Source: Oligoflexales bacterium | GTDB lineage: Bacteria > Bdellovibrionota_B > Oligoflexia > Oligoflexales > RGVZ01 | NCBI GenBank assembly: GCA_044236265.1 | Contig: JBIIGV010000065.1 | Span: forward strand, 1 to 16,098 | Direction: 5' to 3' | DNA: 16,098 nucleotides | Part shown: one piece after another, positions 6,728-15,478 of the stretch | Position numbering within the stretch: the stretch's first letter is position 1 | Layout of the letters: each line of letters opens with the position of its first letter | Made by a program: the position numbers and the translations under genes | Notes under the pieces: model-generated | The model's database searches: none | Told to the model about the DNA's origin: nothing | The model's input: only the letters and a program-made list of their open reading frames with translations

Positions 6728-7759
6728 TCAGGGTATGAATATGGGGTGTACACGGTCACTGCCCATATCCTGCCGCAAGGCAGCAATGACCTTGTCGCAT
6801 TTGTTTGTTGGTATAAGGGCTAAGACGCAGCCGCCACCACCGGCACCTGTGACTTTTGCCGCTGACGCGCCGTGGCGTAATGCGTTGGCCACAACATCTG
6901 CAACTGGTTCCGTCACAACTCCGGCCTCAGTCAACAAATCGTGACACTTGGCCATTGCGTCCGCCAGTAATTCAGCTTCACCCTCTCGCAGCGCACGTGC
7001 CGCATCAGTTGTAATGTCGTTGAACGTTGAAATGACAGGTGAGCCCTGTTCTTTAAACCACGGTTCCGCCTTGCGAACCATGTTGATAGTTGGCGAACGA
7101 ACTCCTGTGTCCAGAAGAGCAAAGCACCATGGAAGGTTGCTTGATCGTGGGCGGTTTACGATTAAGGCTTCGGCATCGCGCCCGCGTTCAAATAAAATAG
7201 CCTGTTCCAAACTTACAACGGAGGTGTCCAGACCTGACGGATTGCCATGGAATCGCCTTTCGAGTCGGTTGGCCAGTTGAGAGAGTCGCGCTGGTGTCAA
7301 AGTAATTCCACAAATCTGACAAAGTCCGCGCAAGAGGCTGACGCAGAGACTTGCCGACGAGCCAACGCCAGCTCCAAGCATCAGCGTGCTATGTCCATCA
7401 ATGGAAACGTTGAACGGTGCAAGTCCAAGTACTTCAAATGCCTCTTGTACCATCGCAATCAGCTGATCGTTGACAGGTTTGCCACCAATTTGAAATTTTA
7501 TTTTAGGCGTGTTGGTTGCCACACGATCGGTGAAAATCCTTAGGTTCATTGATTTCGATAATAATGGAATGGCAATGGCCCTTGCTCCGTAGACAACAGC
7601 ATGCTCGCCGACGAGAATTATCTTTCCGGCAGCGCGCGAATTGGCATCACTGCGAACCGGACCTATCGTGCGTCCCAATTGCTGCGTAAACGTGAAGTGT
7701 AGAGTTTTCTCATGTCCTAGTGCTCTCTGACTCTCAGGCGTCCAAAGGAATTCAGACAT
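6728..7759 (-). CDS. mvk: Mevalonate kinase
   Basis: GHMP motifs GKIILVGEHAVVYG, GAGVGSSAS, E..FHGNPSGLD and AKVTGAGGGGC. The start overlaps the mvaD stop and has a GGGGAGG RBS. Confidence 0.92.
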   Translation of the reverse strand: MSEFLWTPESQRALGHEKTLHFTFTQQLGRTIGPVRSDANSRAAGKIILVGEHAVVYGARAIAIPLLSKSMNLRIFTDRVATNTPKIKFQIGGKPVNDQLIAMVQEAFEVLGLAPFNVSIDGHSTLMLGAGVGSSASLCVSLLRGLCQICGITLTPARLSQLANRLERRFHGNPSGLDTSVVSLEQAILFERGRDAEALIVNRPRSSNLPWCFALLDTGVRSPTINMVRKAEPWFKEQGSPVISTFNDITTDAARALREGEAELLADAMAKCHDLLTEAGVVTEPVADVVANALRHGASAAKVTGAGGGGCVLALIPTNKCDKVIAALRQDMGSDRVHPIFIP

Positions 7760-8825
7760 TTGTCACCTCCCCGAGCAGATCTTTGGCAGTCCCACGAACT
7801 AATACAGGTCCAGGTCCAATTTGATCCATAATAACTCTGACCTGAGGCCATACTTCGGAAACTCTTTTTGCAATGCTAGCACAGGCGGTTGTTTCGCAAA
7901 TCAGATGGACGTTGGGCCCTGCGTCAATGGTAAACCATGCTGGAAGACCGCCGGTAGAGCGTTCCTGTCTTACCCATGCCAGAAACTTTGCAGTGTCCTC
8001 TTTAATATAATTTGCAGCCGGTGTCCCGGTCATCGCAACAGCGTGCATTTCAAGAGCATCGGATTCTATCTGCTCGCCCAAAGCTTCTATATTGCGCGTT
8101 TTAATCGCTGCCGTGACTCGCTCCATTCGCGAGTCAATACCGGCAAGCCGAGCTGGAAAGAACGGACTTCCCCAAGCGGCTTTGTGTGCATCGGACGAAG
8201 ACGTGTGCTTTGAGTGACCAGAAAATACAATGACCAGATCGGATAAGCCCCAGTGGCTTGATGGACAAATTTCAACAATTTCTTGGGAATTTGCGGTATC
8301 ACCTGCCGCCCAATGAACAAATCCACCAAAGATACTTCTACCGGCACTTCCACTACCCATGCGCGCCAGGTGAGCAAGACGCTGTCGCGGCATTCCCAAC
8401 ACAGCAAGCTTGTCCCATTCCGTTTCGCCCGTCAGCGCAGCTGTCGCTGCCAATGTTAAAGCGGCAAAGCCACTGGCACTGCTCGCAATGCCACATGCAG
8501 TTGGAAATGTGTTCTGAGAAGTAATTTCGATGGCAGACGAAACGCGTAGTTCATCACGAAGACGGCCAAGGTGTTCGAATACCTTGTGGGATGATGACGG
8601 ATTATCTGAGGTTAATTCCCTTCCCTCGAATCGGAAAATGTCTCGAGATCCGGGAATTTTTTTTGCACTAGTGATGGTTCGGCAGCGTGTCAGAGTCATA
8701 GATAATGAATCGTTAGCGGGCCATTGCATAGCCGCATCACGTTTCCCCCAATATTTGACGAAGGCGATATTGCTGGGGGCTGAGGCCGTAAATGTCATGT
8801 TCTCAGGAGCCATTGAATCAATCAC
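7752..8825 (-). CDS. mvaD: Diphosphomevalonate decarboxylase
   Basis: Motifs APSNIAFVKYWGK, NTFPTACGIASSASGFAAL, ARMGSGSAGRS and FTIDAGPNVH. Start uncertain: GTG 8825 (7 nt after GGAG) preferred; 8831 and 8813 are alternatives. Confidence 0.95.
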   Translation of the reverse strand: MIDSMAPENMTFTASAPSNIAFVKYWGKRDAAMQWPANDSLSMTLTRCRTITSAKKIPGSRDIFRFEGRELTSDNPSSSHKVFEHLGRLRDELRVSSAIEITSQNTFPTACGIASSASGFAALTLAATAALTGETEWDKLAVLGMPRQRLAHLARMGSGSAGRSIFGGFVHWAAGDTANSQEIVEICPSSHWGLSDLVIVFSGHSKHTSSSDAHKAAWGSPFFPARLAGIDSRMERVTAAIKTRNIEALGEQIESDALEMHAVAMTGTPAANYIKEDTAKFLAWVRQERSTGGLPAWFTIDAGPNVHLICETTACASIAKRVSEVWPQVRVIMDQIGPGPVLVRGTAKDLLGEVTNV

Positions 8826-9927
8826 GATCAAGCTCCTTCGTCACAGGCTGAACAATACTTCTCGATTTCGAGCCAGATTTTTCAGGAATCACTTTGGAAA
8901 CAATACGCGCACCAGAGTCGGAAAATGGAACATTGAGGCGATGCCAGCCAATCGTCCATAACTTCTGTGTAACGGCGCCTATGTCGGCGGTGCGTCCCAC
9001 AATCAAAATAGCATCTTCTCCACCTGCTCCAGTAGGCTTCCATGTCCAAGTCTGATCACATCCAGGTATTCCCTGTAATTGATCAGCAACTGAGGATGGA
9101 AAGTGTGGGCTGCCTACGAAAAGCTGACGCATCGCACCACATGCTTGAATCAATCGCTTCAAGTTATTTGCCTGGGGCCATTGGATCGAGACATTGAAAG
9201 CGTCAATCAAAGTTTCAGAGACGTCCAAAAGCCGCTCGGTCCGATTGGCGCCTTCGAGCCACGACGAAGTTGTTAAGGTGGTATGTGCGGTGGGAGCTCC
9301 CTGGCCACCAACGAAAACGTGCACAATATCCGCGAGATTATTCAAGTCATGCCTGAACCAATGAGGCTTCCACTTGTTGTCCTGGTATTCGTAGTTGAAT
9401 TCAACAAGGCCACCTGCAAACTGGGTGGCGATGTCATAGCCACTGGCAATGCCTTGGCCCTCAGATTGCAGCGTCCAGGCGGCATGCACAGCATCAATGG
9501 GAAGACCGCCAGGTCGGGAGGCGTCTGGCCCGTTTTTTAGGATGTAAAACGCTGTGCAAACACCCAAGCGTAAGGCGGATGAGGAGCCGATCCCGTGTTT
9601 GATTTCGATATCTGAAGACACCTCGACGGTTCCGCCGTGCATCCCGCATCGTCGTGCAGCAAACTGCACCGCGCGGCAAAGCATATCAACCTGCGGTGTA
9701 TGGTCGTCATAAACGAATTTTGGCTCCGGCCAAAGATTGCTGTGAATCTCCCAGTGGGCAGCGTGAATATCCCACTTCACTTTGACCGTCATTCCGCAAG
9801 AGAGTGTAACCGCAAGAGCATGTCCACCCCGAAGCACGGCGTACTCGCCTGCTAGCATAACTTTTCCGGGAATGAAGACTTCAATGTGTTTCAAGAGTTG
9901 GTCGGTCCTCTGCTTGTTGTTTATCAA
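8818..9927 (-). CDS. Phosphomevalonate kinase (GHMP family)
   Basis: Motifs PGKVMLAGEYAVL, KHGIGSSSA, QG.ASGYDIA and KPTGAGGED. Lies between the HMG-CoA reductase and mvaD; the TTG start overlaps the upstream TGA. Confidence 0.82.
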   Translation of the reverse strand: MINNKQRTDQLLKHIEVFIPGKVMLAGEYAVLRGGHALAVTLSCGMTVKVKWDIHAAHWEIHSNLWPEPKFVYDDHTPQVDMLCRAVQFAARRCGMHGGTVEVSSDIEIKHGIGSSSALRLGVCTAFYILKNGPDASRPGGLPIDAVHAAWTLQSEGQGIASGYDIATQFAGGLVEFNYEYQDNKWKPHWFRHDLNNLADIVHVFVGGQGAPTAHTTLTTSSWLEGANRTERLLDVSETLIDAFNVSIQWPQANNLKRLIQACGAMRQLFVGSPHFPSSVADQLQGIPGCDQTWTWKPTGAGGEDAILIVGRTADIGAVTQKLWTIGWHRLNVPFSDSGARIVSKVIPEKSGSKSRSIVQPVTKELDRD

Positions 9928-11192
9928 TTAGTGGTGTTGACGCGTGCGCCATGGTGCTGCAGTAGGTCCAAATTCTTCTGATGAAGGCTCATGTGTCCTC
10001 GCTGAATTCCCTCGGACGCCAATGCGCGCAGTGCCGATAGATTTTGTGCCAGGCCTGTTGCTACAACAATCTGGGCGAGCATTTTTGCGTTGGGTTGGCC
10101 CATGAGTTTGAGGGCAGATTGCGCTGTGGGGTGAAGCTTAGTCACGCCGCCCACGACTCCAACCGCCATGGGCAGTTCCAACTGGCCATGGAGGTCGCCA
10201 TGTAACGTTTTTTTCCAAATGGCTAGCGGACGGTACTTGCCATCTCGACAAGCCCACGCATGGGCGCCAGCTTCAACTGCGCGCCAGTCGTTACCCGTTG
10301 CAATCAATACTGGATCAACGCCATTCATGATGCCTTTGTTATTTGTCGTGGCGCGATGCACATCGTAGTAGGCAAAAAGATAGGCCTTCTCAATGCGATC
10401 GACCACGTCAGTGCCCTTAAACTCTGGGGAGTCAAAAGCGCTGGCCGGAACAAGACATTCAGCGCGCGCCAGTCTGCGTTCGGTCAGGTTCGTGAGAATA
10501 CGTAACCCAATGTCACAGGGCAAAAGCTCCGGCATTAGTGCAGATACTTTCTCGCACATGGTGTTAACGATATTGGCGCCCATTGCATCGCGAGTGTCGA
10601 TGTGCAGATGGATGACGAGACTTTTCATCTCGGGGATATAGTGCCAATCAAGGTCACAGGCACCCCCGCCCCGGGCTAACAGGCTGTCGTGTCCGCGGTT
10701 GGCAAATGCGATCAGTTCATTTTTTTTCTCAGTTAAAACGGCGTCAAAATCACAGTTTTTCTTCAAAAACAGCTGAATCTGTCCGGTCATGACCGGGTCG
10801 GTGGCGAAGGCTTTAAATCCTCCACCCAATCTCGCGAGTTTTGCGCCGTGGCTCGCAGCTGCCAATACACTGGACTCTTCAACTGCCATCGGCACAAGGA
10901 CATCGTGTCCATTTATAAGGAAGTTTGTTGCTACGCCCAGGGGTATTGAAAATGTACCGATTGCATTTTCGATGAAAACGTCGGCTAATTCGCCGTTGAG
11001 ACTTCCAAACTGACCGAGATGAAAGCGATCTGAATCACTCAAACTTGCCGCTTTGACAACGGTCGAAAGTCTTTCCCCAATAGGTAGTTCGTAAAAGCCA
11101 GGAAGTCGTGACTGGACTTTCGTATCTTGCTTATGTTCAGCCCCAGATTGAGACGAATGGTCCGCTTTGGGTTTTAGTTGAGACGTATCCAT
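9924..11192 (-). CDS. mvaA: Class II hydroxymethylglutaryl-CoA reductase
   Basis: Motifs IENAIG, VPMAVEESSV.AA, DAMGANIVNT, NKGIMNG.D...ATGNDWRA.EAG and GIQRGHMSLH (catalytic His). Confidence 0.96.
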   Translation of the reverse strand: MDTSQLKPKADHSSQSGAEHKQDTKVQSRLPGFYELPIGERLSTVVKAASLSDSDRFHLGQFGSLNGELADVFIENAIGTFSIPLGVATNFLINGHDVLVPMAVEESSVLAAASHGAKLARLGGGFKAFATDPVMTGQIQLFLKKNCDFDAVLTEKKNELIAFANRGHDSLLARGGGACDLDWHYIPEMKSLVIHLHIDTRDAMGANIVNTMCEKVSALMPELLPCDIGLRILTNLTERRLARAECLVPASAFDSPEFKGTDVVDRIEKAYLFAYYDVHRATTNNKGIMNGVDPVLIATGNDWRAVEAGAHAWACRDGKYRPLAIWKKTLHGDLHGQLELPMAVGVVGGVTKLHPTAQSALKLMGQPNAKMLAQIVVATGLAQNLSALRALASEGIQRGHMSLHQKNLDLLQHHGARVNTTN

Positions 11193-11431
11193 AGCTAATT
11201 ACAGAATCCGACTGGAGTTATTACAGAACGAGCCCTTCCTCTTAACAAAAAAAGAAGGTTGGTGTCCAGCCTTGGCGAAGGTTCAAATAAGTCCAATCAT
11301 TTTAGTGGTTTGATATTCAGCAAAATGTGGCTAAACTGATCTTCGAAATGAGCTGACAACGAGTGTCACGCCCCCAAATCTTCGAGGTTTCCCGAATGGC
11401 TGGTGGGCGGTCTTTTAACAGGTTGAAATAA
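11193..11431. promoter_or_regulatory. Divergent intergenic region (mevalonate/menaquinone operon versus rhomboid-rmuC)
   Basis: 239-nt non-coding gap between divergently transcribed genes. The individual promoter elements could not be assigned confidently. Confidence 0.5.
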
Positions 11432-12178
11432 TTGGATAAAGACGATCAAAAGGAAGATAAGCCCGAGGACTCGCCAAAGCTATCAGATACAGCGGACTCT
11501 TTTGAGCCATCGCCAGAAGATTTTCTTCCGACTCCGAAGCCAGAGCCTACAGCATTTGAAATGATGCCCCGGCAGGGTAGTGCGCTGCCGGGTGCTGTTT
11601 TTGTGTCTTTAATGACTGGGTTAAGTATTGCGCGCTGGAGGATCCCGGATCGTTTTGCAGACCTTGATGTGACGCGGCAAAGTGTGATGGATGCTCATGA
11701 GTATTGGCGGATGTTGACGGCCATCTTTGTCCACGGTGACATGGGGCATCTGCTGCACAATGTTCCCGTGTATCTTTTTTTTGCATGGATTCTTCAGGGC
11801 TATTTTGGTTTGCTGGCTTCCGTGGTCTTTCCCCTAGTTATTGGTTTTCTTTCGAATGGACTGACGGTCTACTTCTATGACGATCACGTTCGACTTTTGG
11901 GCGCTTCGGGGATGATTTACGGCATGGTTGCCATGTGGCTTGTGCTTTATGTCCATTTTGACCGTAATGCATGGTGGGTTAAGCGGGTGGCGCGAGCCGT
12001 AGGTTTTTCTTTGCTCGTGATGTTCCCGCAAACCTATGACCCCAAAGTGAGTTACCTGGCTCATATTTCAGGTTTTGCCATTGGGCTCGTGCTTGCGTGG
12101 ATGTCTATTCCGATCATTCGCAGATATGGACCCATCGACTTTGATAATTCCGCCAAATATAGGGACATGGATTTATGA
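11432..12178 (+). CDS. Rhomboid family intramembrane serine protease
   Basis: WR motif (EYWRMLT), H.D..HL.HN, catalytic GASG and AH.SG. Acidic, Pro-rich N-terminal extension; TTG start uncertain. Confidence 0.92.
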   Translation: MDKDDQKEDKPEDSPKLSDTADSFEPSPEDFLPTPKPEPTAFEMMPRQGSALPGAVFVSLMTGLSIARWRIPDRFADLDVTRQSVMDAHEYWRMLTAIFVHGDMGHLLHNVPVYLFFAWILQGYFGLLASVVFPLVIGFLSNGLTVYFYDDHVRLLGASGMIYGMVAMWLVLYVHFDRNAWWVKRVARAVGFSLLVMFPQTYDPKVSYLAHISGFAIGLVLAWMSIPIIRRYGPIDFDNSAKYRDMDL

Positions 12179-13506
12179 ATGAACTCTCCCTCACCACAAT
12201 CCTGACTGCCATCAACCTGTTGCTCCTCGGGTGGTTTTTCTACCGCTGGCAACGGCTATCAGTCGAAACTGATCACGACCTCACAAAAAAGATCATTCAA
12301 GAGTCCAACCAATCCATGACTCAGCAAGTGGCCGATGAGTCTGTGCGGTTACGCGCAGAATTGGCAGCGACTCAAAGAACGCTGCGCGAAGAGGTTTCGA
12401 GCACGATTCGTCAAGGGCACGATTTGATGAGTGGTCATCTGATGAAAATGTCAGAGAATCAACTCCGACAACTGGAGGCCCTGTCGAAACAGTGGTCTTC
12501 AATCGCAGAGGCCAATGACCTCAGGATGCGTGATCTTCAAAAAACAGTCGATGAGCGGCTTTTACATATCGAGAAACAAAGCGGAGAGCGCCTTGAGTCG
12601 ATGCGTAAAACTGTGGAAGAGAAGCTGGAAGGAACACTTGAAAGGCGCTTGGGTGAGTCTTTCAAGCTTGTGGGTGAGCGTTTGGAGCAAGTGCAGCGCG
12701 GTCTTGGAGAGATGCAATCATTGGCCAACGGTGTGGGAGATCTAAAGCGCGTACTCACGAATGTGAAGACGAGGGGGACATGGGGCGAAGTACAGTTGGC
12801 GATGCTGCTTGAGCAAATGCTAACGGTAGACCAGTATGAAAGTAATGTTAAAGTCTCCAAATCTGCCGAAATCGTTGAGTTTGCTGTGAAGTTGCCAGGA
12901 CGCGACGATGATGGCGGAACGGTTTACCTGCCGATAGATAGCAAATTTCCTCAGGAGTCTTATCAGCGACTCTTGGATGCGCTTGATGCCGGTCATGCCG
13001 AGCAAGCTGCGCTCGCCCGCAGGGAGCTTGAACTGGCGGTAAAAAGTGCAGCCCGTGACATACGGGATAAATATGTTCATCCACCAATGACCACAGACTT
13101 TGCGATCATGTTTTTGCCAACTGAAGGTCTTTACGCAGAGGTTTTGCGTATCCCCGGTTTGATGGAGCGTATGCAGGGTGATTTCCGGATCACGATCGTC
13201 GGTCCGACAAATCTTGCAGCTTTATTGAACAGCCTACAGATGGGATTTAAGACTCTCGCTATTCAAAAACGTTCGAGCGAAGTTTGGAAAATCCTTGGCG
13301 CTGTCAAAACTGAGTTTGGAAAATTTGGTGACATTTTAGACGGCGTGCACAAAAAGTTGGGTGAGGCTGCAGTAAAGATTGAGGATGCATCGAGAAAGTC
13401 ACGCACCATTCAAAGTAAACTGCGTCAGGTCGAAGAGCTGCCTGCGGCACAGGCCTCTTTAATGATTGGTGGCGCCGATCCCGTCGCGAGTGTGGATCAA
13501 GATTAG
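12175..13506 (+). CDS. rmuC: DNA recombination protein RmuC
   Basis: N-terminal membrane anchor and coiled coil, then NVKTRGTWGEVQL, LPIDSKFP and TTDFAIMFLPTEGLYAE. ATGA overlap with the rhomboid gene. Confidence 0.96.
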   Translation: MNELSLTTILTAINLLLLGWFFYRWQRLSVETDHDLTKKIIQESNQSMTQQVADESVRLRAELAATQRTLREEVSSTIRQGHDLMSGHLMKMSENQLRQLEALSKQWSSIAEANDLRMRDLQKTVDERLLHIEKQSGERLESMRKTVEEKLEGTLERRLGESFKLVGERLEQVQRGLGEMQSLANGVGDLKRVLTNVKTRGTWGEVQLAMLLEQMLTVDQYESNVKVSKSAEIVEFAVKLPGRDDDGGTVYLPIDSKFPQESYQRLLDALDAGHAEQAALARRELELAVKSAARDIRDKYVHPPMTTDFAIMFLPTEGLYAEVLRIPGLMERMQGDFRITIVGPTNLAALLNSLQMGFKTLAIQKRSSEVWKILGAVKTEFGKFGDILDGVHKKLGEAAVKIEDASRKSRTIQSKLRQVEELPAAQASLMIGGADPVASVDQD

Positions 13507-13554
13507 CACAAACAACCTCCCGGTCAATTCGACGCACTGCCTTAGATTTGATCG

Positions 13555-13583
13555 TTGCTCAAACACGGCAAGTGAACGATAAT
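13555..13583 (+). promoter_or_regulatory. Candidate sigma70 promoter for the diiron oxygenase operon
   Basis: TTGCTC (13555-13560), 17-nt spacer, GATAAT (13578-13583); lies 46 nt upstream of ATG 13630. Confidence 0.35.
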
Positions 13584-13629
13584 ATTGCTGGAGTTTCCTC
13601 TTTTGAATCTAACTCTTAGAGGGCCAGCG

Positions 13630-14628
13630 ATGCGTGCCACGAATCCATTCGATCATGCCGAGCTTGCAAAGCATCTCAATGTTCAGCAAAGAGCTGCCTG
13701 GGATCTGGATACCTGCGTGAACTGGTCGATCGGTGTTGATACCTCGAAGATTTTATTGCCCCTCGACGACGCAAGTATCGCCTTTCCTGGTGCCTCTGCA
13801 GAGCAATCGCTGGCGTTGTCGCAATTGATGGGGCTTATTGTTAATTCGACGATCTCGGAAATGGAAGACTGCTTACCCAGGTTAAAAAAGTTTGCCTGGG
13901 ATCAAGTCCTGCGGGAGTACCCGGTAGGTCCAGAAATGCGTGAGCTCGGAGAGCAGTTCTTTGAAGAAGAGGCAAAACACGCGGCAGCTTTTAAGAAGTA
14001 TCTGAATATTTTTTGCGAAAGCATGGGTCTTTGTGCTGAAGATCTCGACCTGTTGCTGCCCAAGTCTTTTGGTAGTCGCTTTCAATCAGCCGTCATTAAT
14101 AATGCGAAGTCGGGTGGCCGAGCCTTTTGGTGGGTTGTCTCCAATGTCGAGGAAGTTTCCATAAATATTTATCAGGAAATTTTCCGCAGGCGTACTGATG
14201 TTGATCCTCTTTTTTTCCATCTGCATCGTCGCCACCTCGAAGAAGAAAGTCGCCATGCGAACTACGCGTACTTAATGCTGGAGCTGATGGATCGTAGGCA
14301 AAAAGGTTGGCGCGGCTGGTGGCATCGCAAGACGGATTTCACGTGGGCTCAATTGGTGGCGATGCCATGGGTGGTGTCAGAGTTGCATAAATTTTTTAAA
14401 GTTCGCGACCTTAAACACAAACATCCGTTTTTTGATGTTCTGGCAAGTTGTATCCCGCTGTATGAGTCATTGACATTAACGGAGCGAGTGCGGCGAATGT
14501 TTATCGCTGCACCGTACATTAGCTGGATTCTGAATCCCAATCACCGCGACCTACATAGGCATGTGACCGATCGAGACGCGGCGTGGATGCTGCCATTTCC
14601 TCAGGTAAGTGCCGATGCTCAACACTGA
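13630..14628 (+). CDS. Ferritin-like diiron oxygenase (AurF-like)
   Basis: Diiron ligand set SEME ... EEEAKH ... NVEE ... HLEEESRH (H-x3-E-x2-H spacing, as in AurF). ATG 13630 with an AGAGGG RBS is preferred over TTG 13585. Confidence 0.78.
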   Translation: MRATNPFDHAELAKHLNVQQRAAWDLDTCVNWSIGVDTSKILLPLDDASIAFPGASAEQSLALSQLMGLIVNSTISEMEDCLPRLKKFAWDQVLREYPVGPEMRELGEQFFEEEAKHAAAFKKYLNIFCESMGLCAEDLDLLLPKSFGSRFQSAVINNAKSGGRAFWWVVSNVEEVSINIYQEIFRRRTDVDPLFFHLHRRHLEEESRHANYAYLMLELMDRRQKGWRGWWHRKTDFTWAQLVAMPWVVSELHKFFKVRDLKHKHPFFDVLASCIPLYESLTLTERVRRMFIAAPYISWILNPNHRDLHRHVTDRDAAWMLPFPQVSADAQH

Positions 14629-15478
14629 AGTCAGATCAAAGATAATCAGACGTTTGAATACAAGCTGGCGGGAAGCTGGTGTGCGTGGAAAGCCAATTTT
14701 ATTTTTTTGCCATGGCTTTCCGGATTCAGCCGAAACTTGGTCTCAGCAAATGGATTTTTTTGCGAAAGACTTTCATGTGGTGGCTCCATTTGTTCGCGGC
14801 TGTGAGGACTCTGAGCTAGGCAAGGATGTGAAACGCTACGGGCGAGATGCCGTTGTCTTAGATCACTTGGAGATCCTTCGCGAGATTTCTGAAGGTAGTG
14901 AGCCAGTGATTTGTATTGGTCATGACCTCGGGGTGGTGCATGCGATGACACTGGCCAGACGTTTGGGTTCACGGGCTGTCGGTCTTGTGGTCATCAATGG
15001 TTTGGACCTTGAGATGTTTGCAAGACGACTGCGACTGGGGAGCCAAGTTATGAAAAGCTGGTATATGGGGCTGATGCAAGTTCCATTGTTACCTGAAGCA
15101 CTCGCCAGCTTAGCTCCAAATACATCGCAATGGCTTGTTCGAAAATTGGCCGGGGAAGACTTTAAATCGGATGGCAGTTCGGATTTTAGCCGAAGGTCAC
15201 TGGGGCCACTGAACCAATATCGAGCATTCGCTCGTGAAGCGCTGACCACGAACATGGAGTCTTCAAGATTGAAGGCACCGGTGCTTGTGCTTTGGGGGCG
15301 TGACGATGGTGTGCTCCTCGTCCCGACTCAGGCTGAGTGGGATCGGGTGGCCTTTCAATCAACGATCAGAATTATTCCTGGTGGGCACTGGATTCATCGG
15401 GAATGCGCGGCAGACGTGACTAAATTTATAAGTTCTTTCGTCCGCCAGGTCTTAGGGAGTTCTCATGTTGATGCGTGA
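14615..15478 (+). CDS. Alpha/beta hydrolase, epoxide hydrolase/haloalkane dehalogenase-like
   Basis: HGFP oxyanion motif, nucleophile elbow GHDLG (Asp), SWY cap motif, LVLWGRDD and GGHW catalytic His. Overlaps the upstream stop. Confidence 0.88.
   Translation: MLNTEVRSKIIRRLNTSWREAGVRGKPILFFCHGFPDSAETWSQQMDFFAKDFHVVAPFVRGCEDSELGKDVKRYGRDAVVLDHLEILREISEGSEPVICIGHDLGVVHAMTLARRLGSRAVGLVVINGLDLEMFARRLRLGSQVMKSWYMGLMQVPLLPEALASLAPNTSQWLVRKLAGEDFKSDGSSDFSRRSLGPLNQYRAFAREALTTNMESSRLKAPVLVLWGRDDGVLLVPTQAEWDRVAFQSTIRIIPGGHWIHRECAADVTKFISSFVRQVLGSSHVDA

Noticed and set aside
2793..11013. Numerous plus-strand ORFs antisense to the mevalonate/menaquinone operon
   Set aside because: They overlap well-supported minus-strand genes and show no recognisable motifs.
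11230..11285. Short CCTT/AAGG stems in the divergent intergenic region as a riboswitch or ncRNA
   Set aside because: The stems are only 4-5 bp and match no RNA family I recognise. An Rfam/Infernal scan would be needed.
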